Below, one piece after another: positions 57,247-64,000 of a DNA stretch of 64,000 bases; the first letter of the stretch is position 1, and the number at the start of each line of letters is the position of its first letter. The DNA comes from an uncultured bacterium (GTDB lineage: Bacteria; Patescibacteriota; Minisyncoccia; Minisyncoccales; UBA5738). The notes beneath the pieces were generated by a model that did not search any database, had not been told where the DNA came from, and saw only the letters and a program-made list of their open reading frames with translations. The translations under genes were made by a program, and so were the position numbers. The stretch is from contig CAINCQ010000024.1 in NCBI GenBank assembly GCA_903847095.1, forward strand, positions 16,628 to 80,627. The letters run 5' to 3'.

Positions 57247-59212
57247 TGAGATAAAAAAACTTGTGCCGGGATTGTCGGCTAAACCTCAGGAGGTCGGCCG
57301 GGCTTTAACCATGGCCGGTTTGATGCTGGATGGCTTTGAGCAAATTACTTACGACGGAAAGACCGATTGGCTATTGAGTTTTGAGGTGCGGCAGAATCGG
57401 GCAGACTGTTTTTCGGTGGTTGGAATAGCCCGGGAAGTAGCGGCTTGTTTTGGCTTAAAACTGGTTTTACCAAAGGTTGCTGTCAAAAAAAACAGCTTAA
57501 CATCCAAGATGCCGATAAAGATCGCGGTTCAATCCGGGGATGTGAAAAGGATCCTGGCTTTGGAAATTGACGATTCCAAAAACGGAGAATCACCAGCCTG
57601 GCTGAAAGAATTCCTGAAGGTTTACGGTCTTAACAGTAAGAATCTTTTGGTGGATCTCTCCAATTACGTAATGATTTATACCGGCTACCCTTCCCATTTG
57701 ATCGATTTAGAGAAGGTGAAAGGCAGTATTGTTTGGACTCGGGCTTACGCCAAGGAGAAGATTATGACTTTGGATGGGACAATAATCGTTCTTCCGGAAG
57801 ACGACGTTTTGGCCATTAAGGATGAAGAGAGCATTTTGGCCCTGGCCGGGATCGTTGGCGGAAAATCGGCCGAGATCAGCCTTCAAACGTCAAAACTTTT
57901 TGTTGAAATGGCGGTTTACGGCGGAGCGGTGATCAGGAAAAATTCACGCGACGTGAAAGTCATCACGGAAGCGAGCCTGCGCCTGGAGAAAGATCTTGAT
58001 CCCGAAGGCGCGGCTGGAGCATTCGATTTACTGGTTTCCCTGATCCTCGAATCCTGCTTTGGCAAGATCGCTACGCAAGTTTTCGAATATTACCCAAAGG
58101 TTGCTTTGGGGAAAAAGATCGACTTCGATCTTTCTTTGCCGGGCGTAATTTCCGGCGTGGAAGTTCCGGCGTTCGAGGCGGTTAAGATTTTAAAAAATCT
58201 GGGTTTTTCCGTCAGACAAAAAAACAAAAAAACAGTGGTAGTTTCTATTCCGGCTTTCCGCACCGACATATCCTTGCCCGAAGATCTGGTTGAAGAAGTA
58301 TTGAGGATCAACGGATACGATAAGATCCCGGCCGGCCTTGCCCCGGTTTTCGAAACAGCCGACGAGATCACTCCGCGCCGGATAAAACTGGTAAAAAAAA
58401 TGAAGGAGATCTTATCGCAGAATGGGGCGGATGAAATCCTTTCCCTGCCGCTTACCGAAAAAAACGAGAATGCCAAGGCTAATTACCTGGAATGGGAAAC
58501 GATCGTAGCCGAGAATGCCATCAACGAGCTATATCCGGAACTGCGCCAGTCGCTGGCTTCCGGTTTGATCAGGCAGGCCGTGGAGTTTCAGAAAAAAAAC
58601 GTAACTATTATCGATTTGTTCGAAAATGGGAAAATTTTCGGCCGCCGGGGCGATCGTTATCTTGAACAAGAAAGCTTCGGCGCCTTATTGGTAGCCAATA
58701 AACCAGCGCTGTCCTTTTTTAAAGCCAGAATAGAAACGGTGCTTCGATTGTTGGGTATTTCCGAGATCGATTACGCTGAAGCGGCGAAGAAGCCGGAGTT
58801 GTGCAATCCCAATTCGTGCTGGATCATTAAAGCGAAAGGTAAATCTTGCGGCATAGTTTACAAATTAAAGCGGGGGTTTCTTGGGGGGAATACTTACTTT
58901 GCCGAGCTGGACGTCAATGTTTTGGAAGGGATCAAACCGGATGCCGCGCCGGTAGTGGAAATAAGCGACAAGTTGGTTGTTCTGGATATGAACATCCAAA
59001 CAAGGGTGGGTGAAAGGATCGAGAGCGTGATTAACGAGATAAAAGCCAAAGTTTCCCCAAAAAACCTTTGGAGTCTGGCCGTGATCGATAAATTCGTGGA
59101 AAATGAGGTTGCCAAGCATACGGTAAGGATAACTTATACCGGTTTGAGCGATCCCGAGGCCAAAAAGATCAATGCGCGAATTTTAAATGACCGGCAATCA
59201 AAAAAATCATAA
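57230..59212 (+). CDS. pheT: Phenylalanine--tRNA ligase beta subunit, short form apparently lacking the B2 OB-fold
   Basis: NRADCFSVVGIAREVAA, VDLSNYVM, LAGIVGG, R.DI...EDLVEEV.RI.GYD, LRQSL. Confidence 0.9.
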   Translation: MKAIYSEIKKLVPGLSAKPQEVGRALTMAGLMLDGFEQITYDGKTDWLLSFEVRQNRADCFSVVGIAREVAACFGLKLVLPKVAVKKNSLTSKMPIKIAVQSGDVKRILALEIDDSKNGESPAWLKEFLKVYGLNSKNLLVDLSNYVMIYTGYPSHLIDLEKVKGSIVWTRAYAKEKIMTLDGTIIVLPEDDVLAIKDEESILALAGIVGGKSAEISLQTSKLFVEMAVYGGAVIRKNSRDVKVITEASLRLEKDLDPEGAAGAFDLLVSLILESCFGKIATQVFEYYPKVALGKKIDFDLSLPGVISGVEVPAFEAVKILKNLGFSVRQKNKKTVVVSIPAFRTDISLPEDLVEEVLRINGYDKIPAGLAPVFETADEITPRRIKLVKKMKEILSQNGADEILSLPLTEKNENAKANYLEWETIVAENAINELYPELRQSLASGLIRQAVEFQKKNVTIIDLFENGKIFGRRGDRYLEQESFGALLVANKPALSFFKARIETVLRLLGISEIDYAEAAKKPELCNPNSCWIIKAKGKSCGIVYKLKRGFLGGNTYFAELDVNVLEGIKPDAAPVVEISDKLVVLDMNIQTRVGERIESVINEIKAKVSPKNLWSLAVIDKFVENEVAKHTVRITYTGLSDPEAKKINARILNDRQSKKS

Positions 59213-59277
59213 CGGGAGTTGCGGGATTTTTATAAGCACTTCCGCGACGGAGTGTTTTTTTGCACCAAGATAAAAAA

Positions 59278-59595
59278 ATGAAAATCATAAAAGAAAAATT
59301 CAAATTCGATAAAAAATTCAATTTTTATTGGGGCAGGCTCTATTTTATTTCCGACAGCAAGGAATGGAAAACAAGGATATTGTGGGCCGCATCGCACGAG
59401 TGGGTCCGCCGGATGGTAATGCTTGAAACCTGGCCCGATGAGGAAGTAGACCGGTTGGTGAATAAAACCGTCATCAAATGGAAGAAAGCCGGGAATAAAG
59501 TATTTCGACAAGACGTCCATTACGATGTAAACGGGACGAGCCAGGAAGAAGAAGCCGTAGGCAAAGCTTTGCTGCTGGATAAAGATAAGGTTTGA
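59278..59595 (+). CDS. Hypothetical protein
   Basis: ~105-aa ORF after pheT. Confidence 0.55.
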   Translation: MKIIKEKFKFDKKFNFYWGRLYFISDSKEWKTRILWAASHEWVRRMVMLETWPDEEVDRLVNKTVIKWKKAGNKVFRQDVHYDVNGTSQEEEAVGKALLLDKDKV

Positions 59596-59713
59596 TTTGG
59601 AGGATGCCGGTTTTTTTGGGGCTAAAGGCGCCGGCCTTCAGGCCGGAGCAGTTGACAAATATATTTTCTCATGTTATACGAAGGTAAGATTACGAATATG
59701 TCTGGTGGCGAAA

Positions 59714-60256
59714 ATGTCTTGGGATGAAGAAAGGGATAACGAGATAAGGGAAGGCTCAAAGGTAAGATTCAGAAAAAACGCCCTATATGACTTGGGCGAC
59801 GAACATATTAAAGCCATACCGGGGTGGCGTAACGGAGTATTTACGGTAGCCGAAAGAATGGGTAGGCACGTCATACTGAAAGGCCACGAAAAGTTTTTTT
59901 TCGAGAAAGTGCTCATCGTCCGTTATATACGGATTTACTTCCTTGAGCTTGCGGAAGAGGCGGTTTGTGAATATTCTCTTCCGGATGGATTTTCGGAAAC
60001 AATGCTTCGGAACATGAAGCAGATACTTCCCGGAGGATTTGTTTTGCGAGAGGTAGTTATCGTAAACGAAACCATCGATAAAGAAGTAAAAGTCATTATC
60101 GCGCTTCCCGAAAGAACCAGCATGATCCCGCTGAAGCTTGGGGCGCGGATCGCAGGAGGCAAATATTCGGCCGATGAGAATGTTGGTTGGCGTCAATTGG
60201 CGAGTGCCGGCGGCAGACTGTGGCAAAACGGAAAATGGGTCGAGTTAAGTTCTTAA
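59714..60256 (+). CDS. Hypothetical protein
   Basis: ORF after TTGACA at 59652; terminator at 60265-60291. Confidence 0.6.
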   Translation: MSWDEERDNEIREGSKVRFRKNALYDLGDEHIKAIPGWRNGVFTVAERMGRHVILKGHEKFFFEKVLIVRYIRIYFLELAEEAVCEYSLPDGFSETMLRNMKQILPGGFVLREVVIVNETIDKEVKVIIALPERTSMIPLKLGARIAGGKYSADENVGWRQLASAGGRLWQNGKWVELSS

Positions 60257-60396
60257 ACCGTTGCAAATCCGCGAAATCGCGGATTTTTTTTGCGCGGTAG
60301 CGGAAAATCATCGTTAGAAAAATTTAAGTTTTCCTTGACAAAGAAGAAAAAATATCCATAATCTAAGCCAGAACCTTCATAAAGGAGGAAAGGCAG

Positions 60397-60660
60397 ATGG
60401 CTTTATTTGTCGAAAAGAGGAGCGATAAAAGTAAGCCCCGGGTTTTCCCGCTGGCTGTGATCGAAGGCGAGTTTTTAGGAATGACAATCCAGGTTATAAG
60501 GCCGGAGAAGTTCAAAGAAGATTATCCATTCGTGCTTGCCAGTTTTTTTCAAGAGGTAAGCGCTTGTGCCGGCGGGCCATTTATTTTTTCGCCGGATGAT
60601 GATGAAGATGAGGTTAATAACCAATCTCTCGATAATTTAGTGGAATATTATGGAAAGTGA
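60397..60660 (+). CDS. Hypothetical protein
   Basis: AAGGAGG SD; TTGACA at 60335. Confidence 0.6.
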   Translation: MALFVEKRSDKSKPRVFPLAVIEGEFLGMTIQVIRPEKFKEDYPFVLASFFQEVSACAGGPFIFSPDDDEDEVNNQSLDNLVEYYGK

Positions 60661-60669
60661 GGTGGGAAG

Positions 60670-61392
60670 GTGACGGAAACTACCGTTAAAACGCTCTCAA
60701 GCGTATTGGAGATGCTCGTGGTAGGCGGATTGCCTGGCGTTAGTGAGGCTAAGTTTTTGGAAAACGGTAAAGGCATGGGCTTAAAACAAGAAGACCTGGC
60801 GGCAAATCTAGCGGTGGCACGGATTATTCATTCTTTGCACACCGTAATTTTTATCGAAAACAGGCGGCCGGAATTCGTTTACCAAAAAGATGGCGATGGT
60901 CAGCCGCTTGGTTTTATCGAAGAAATCGACTTCGGTCTCAAGGGATACGAAGTTAAAATTCCTGACAGCGCTAAGGTATTGGAGGCTTACGGGCAAGATT
61001 GTATTAAAACTTTCGGGCTGGAAAAAGAATATCCAGCTGGATTTTTGGAGGTCGGCATCCTCATGTTTGCTTGTCACGCGGTGAGGCAGTATTATCAGGC
61101 AACGCTTTTAAAAAAAAGATTTGACTGGCGGTCCAATCGAAAGATCATTAGTATCGCCGATAAGCAGCTTAGGCATCGCCTCGATCAAGTTTTTCGCGAC
61201 TTGGCTGCTGAAACGCGGATCGACGATCAAAAAGCCGCACGTAATTTCCCGTTCGAGTTTGACGCCAGGGTGGTGAAGATGGCGATTCTTGAAACATTGG
61301 CCAAAAAGGGAACGGCTTACGATGTGATTAAGGGTCTTATGTCGGAACCGCCGACTATTCCGTCTTTAGCTAAAAAGTTCATCTTAGGATGA
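60670..61392 (+). CDS. Hypothetical protein
   Basis: GAGGTG SD before GTG; 240 aa. Confidence 0.65.
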   Translation: MTETTVKTLSSVLEMLVVGGLPGVSEAKFLENGKGMGLKQEDLAANLAVARIIHSLHTVIFIENRRPEFVYQKDGDGQPLGFIEEIDFGLKGYEVKIPDSAKVLEAYGQDCIKTFGLEKEYPAGFLEVGILMFACHAVRQYYQATLLKKRFDWRSNRKIISIADKQLRHRLDQVFRDLAAETRIDDQKAARNFPFEFDARVVKMAILETLAKKGTAYDVIKGLMSEPPTIPSLAKKFILG

Positions 61393-61458
61393 ACTTTTTC
61401 TTTGATTCCCAGAATTAAAAAACAACCTCTCGGCTGTTTTTTTCTGATGAAGTTCCAA

Positions 61459-62493
61459 TTATTTTCTTTCTTCGAGCCGCACCGATAGCTTGATTTCTTT
61501 TCCTTCGCGCAACACTTTCATCGGCACTGCTTCTCCGATGCGGCATTCTTGCAGGACGTCGGTGAGCAGTTTCTCCTGATTGATTTTTTGGCCGCCGAAC
61601 TCGAGAACAATATCGTATTCCCTTAGTCCGGCTTTATCGGCTGCGGTTCCTTTAATGACCGCGGGTTCGCCGAAGGTTTCGCGGACGACCAAGGCGCCGT
61701 AATCGACCGGTAGTTTATTGGCCGTTGAGATTTCGGCATTTAAAACGACATAGCGGACGCCCAAAAAGGGACGCTTAATCTTTCCGAAAGCCATCACTTC
61801 TTCCAGGATTTTTTTTCCATAGTTGATAGGTATGGCGAAACCCAGATTTTGCGCTCCCATTACCATTGCCGTGTTAATGCCGATTGCTTCTCCTTCCATA
61901 TCAACCAACGGCCCGCCCGAATTGCCGGGATTGATCGCGGCATCGGTTTGGATGAGGCCGCGCAAACTGGTTTCGTGCATAGCGGTTCCTCCGTAAGCCG
62001 TGATCTTGCGGCTTAATCCGGAAATAATGCCACCCGAAACCGTGTCTTCGAATTCACCAAGGGGATTGCCTACGGCTAATACTTGTTCGCCAAGCTCGAT
62101 GTTGTCGGAATCTCCCATTTCCAGACAAGGAAGATCTTTGCCTTCGATCTTTAAAATAGCGACGTCCACCAAGGGATCTTTGGCCAGAACCTTGGCTTCG
62201 TATTTGTGTTTTGGATCAACTATCACAGTATAGCTCGCGTCCGGATCGTCCACGACATGGCTGCAAGTGAAGATGTAGCCGTCCGAGGAAATAATGAAAC
62301 CGGAGCCGCCGCCGATTTTTGTTTTTCCCTTGGAATTATTGACTTTTGGCATAACCATTTGCTGGTCGCCCATGGGAACGAAATAAAAACCTTCCACTTT
62401 GGACAAATCTTTTGAAACGACTATGGTGATAACGGCCGGGCAGACTTTTCTTGCGATTTTGACGAAAGGGGAGAGTGATGTTGATTTTGGCAT
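61459..62493 (-). CDS. HtrA/DegP-family serine protease with one PDZ domain
   Basis: GSGFII, TCSHVV, DVAILK, IQTDAAINPGNSGGPL, RPFLGV. Confidence 0.94.
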   Translation of the reverse strand: MPKSTSLSPFVKIARKVCPAVITIVVSKDLSKVEGFYFVPMGDQQMVMPKVNNSKGKTKIGGGSGFIISSDGYIFTCSHVVDDPDASYTVIVDPKHKYEAKVLAKDPLVDVAILKIEGKDLPCLEMGDSDNIELGEQVLAVGNPLGEFEDTVSGGIISGLSRKITAYGGTAMHETSLRGLIQTDAAINPGNSGGPLVDMEGEAIGINTAMVMGAQNLGFAIPINYGKKILEEVMAFGKIKRPFLGVRYVVLNAEISTANKLPVDYGALVVRETFGEPAVIKGTAADKAGLREYDIVLEFGGQKINQEKLLTDVLQECRIGEAVPMKVLREGKEIKLSVRLEERK

Positions 62494-62655
62494 GATTTTT
62501 TCTTTTATTCCTCCGATAATCTTGGTTCATTCTAACATCTAATCATATTGCCAACAAGCATTTTTTTTGTTAGAATTTCCTTGTCGCGCTTGATGCGCGC
62601 TATTTTTGACTTATTGCTCACTACTTATCCGCTCAGGAAATAAACGCTATTCTTC

Positions 62656-62727
62656 GCCCCCATAGTTCAATGGACCGAACGAGAGACTCCTAAGCTCTAG
62701 ATCCAGGTTCGATTCCTGGTGGGGGCA
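62656..62727 (+). tRNA. tRNA-Arg(CCT)
   Basis: GCCCCCA...AGAGA-CTCCTAA-GCTCT...GGTTCGATTCC...TGGGGGCA. Confidence 0.9.
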
Positions 62728-62951
62728 CACAGACCAAAAGCCGGCATACCGCCGGATTTTGGATTTCCAATTTTCAAATAAAACACCAGACCCGTTAAAG
62801 GGGGGGGTTTTAGTTTAAGATCGCCAAGAGGTGATTCCAAAGTCCTGAACCATTACGAGCTTGTTGACTTTTTACTCAAACATAGTATAGATTGGATAGC
62901 ACATTAAGACGGTTTTAGCATCAAAAAGAGGTAAAAAAGGAGCTTGATATT

Positions 62952-63566
62952 GTGTATTTGCAAATGGTAACACCAAGGCTTGGCGGAACCAAGATGGCGA
63001 TAGCGCGAAACGAGGGTTGTCGGATCTTCGCGGGAAGGATGGGCATGATTGTGCGTTTGCCCCTCATAAACAAGAGTGATGACGGCAATCGCTATAGAAT
63101 GCCTACATCCATAGGAATGGGAATTTTGCGGATCGAGGCAAGCGAACAAGGCGGCGCTACAAAAGACGCGGGCAGGGCAAGTGTTATTACCGATCCGCAG
63201 GGAAACAAGCTGGCCGCATTCCATTTGCCGGAAAATCCAAGACCTCTGGGGAGGCACGCCGATTTCTACCGGACAAAAGATCTTTTCGAAATAATGGCGC
63301 AATGGGGTCAATACGGTTCAGCACTGACCGTTTACAGATTATCGATCAAGAACGAAGAAAAGAATATTATTTTTCTTTCAAAGACCAAGGAGTTGGAGCT
63401 TGATTGGCATCAAGGATTCCAAGATCACGATTTGGAATTAGAGGGCAAGTTTAAATGCCTCTTACCGGCGGCGCGGGCGGCGATCGAAAAATCCCAGTGT
63501 CTGAAGTGCAATCATGGGCACTTCTTAAAAAACAATACCACTTTCAGGACACAGAGAAAATCCTAA
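62952..63566 (+). CDS. Hypothetical protein with C-terminal CxxCxHxH motif; start uncertain
   Basis: AAIEKSQCLKCNHGHF; AAGGAG SD; TTGACT at 62864. Confidence 0.65.
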   Translation: MYLQMVTPRLGGTKMAIARNEGCRIFAGRMGMIVRLPLINKSDDGNRYRMPTSIGMGILRIEASEQGGATKDAGRASVITDPQGNKLAAFHLPENPRPLGRHADFYRTKDLFEIMAQWGQYGSALTVYRLSIKNEEKNIIFLSKTKELELDWHQGFQDHDLELEGKFKCLLPAARAAIEKSQCLKCNHGHFLKNNTTFRTQRKS

Positions 63567-63637
63567 AGTGGTCTTTTTTTACCGGACCCGCTGTTTAAAT
63601 ATTCCCGTAGCGAAAGTTTCATATTTGTTTTTGACGA

Positions 63638-63694
63638 TTTTATTGGCGGCATACCCCGTATGTCATGCATGGGGGTTTGAGCCAAGAGGATTCC
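63638..63694 (+). repeat. Third copy of the ...CCAAGAGGATT hairpin repeat
   Basis: TTTTATTGGCGGCATACCCCG...GGGGGTTTGAGCCAAGAGGATTCC. Confidence 0.65.
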
Positions 63695-63811
63695 GGCTAG
63701 TTTGTTATTTAAAAGTGCTTGCCTGCTATGGCGAAGATAAGTACAATGGAGATTGTTGCCGGTCTAAAGAAGCGCGTCGATCGGCTTCTTGCGCGAAATA
63801 AACTATACCAT

Positions 63812-64000
63812 ATGGATAACTGCATATTTTGTAAAATAGCAAAAAGGGAAATACCGGCGGCCAGAATTTGGGAAGACGAAAATTTTCTGGCGATTCTTGA
63901 TGCCAGTCCCAATACCAGGGGAATGGCTTTGGTGATGCCTAAAAAACATTACGATTCTTACGTTTTCGATATGCCAAAAAACGATTACGCGGAATTTTTT
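63812..64000 (+). CDS. HIT family protein, 3'-truncated by the window edge
   Basis: MDNCIFCKIAKREIPA..IWEDE.FLAILD..P...G..LV.PKKH. Confidence 0.88.
   Translation, partial: MDNCIFCKIAKREIPAARIWEDENFLAILDASPNTRGMALVMPKKHYDSYVFDMPKNDYAEFF

Noticed and set aside
62682..62698. A-G mismatch at the base of the tRNA-Arg(CCT) anticodon stem as a sign of pseudogenisation or recoding
   Set aside because: It is a single mismatch and the rest of the cloverleaf is normal, which is too little evidence.
1..64000. Alternative genetic code (TGA=Gly) as in Gracilibacteria/Absconditabacteria
   Set aside because: Conserved genes are full length in code 11, and several end at TGA in the expected place (P-type ATPase, HAD hydrolase, PEP-utilising enzyme).

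Overview
64 kb of a small-genome bacterium read in standard code 11 (TGA terminates intact genes). Gene content points to Patescibacteria/CPR, probably Parcubacteria; this is an inference from the short trigger factor, the WSENIGW-repeat protein, the type IV pilus cluster and the mostly SD-less core genes. The left third is core: acyl-CoA carboxyltransferase, nusA-tig-clpP, rny, tRNA-Gly/Pro, a kinase/receiver pair, a pilB-pilC-pilins-pilMNO cluster and tRNA-Arg. From 21.7 kb to about 55 kb the window is mostly accessory. The most striking unexplained structure is a ~12.5 kb array directly downstream of tRNA-His, where 1-3-gene modules are separated by about 10 same-orientation copies of a ~32-75 bp element. 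The element has a tRNA T-arm-like 5' end, a small conserved hairpin and often a terminator/extended -10 hairpin. It looks like an integron-like cassette array, but it lacks canonical attC sites and no integrase is in the window. Other highlights: a PheRS alpha subunit with a rewritten amino-acid pocket (FPF->YPE), a second dispersed repeat family, tRNA 3'-end duplications carrying palindromes, heptamer-repeat palindromes, and a class of genes of unknown function with their own consensus promoters and strong SD sites. All product calls come from reading motifs by eye, not from database searches.
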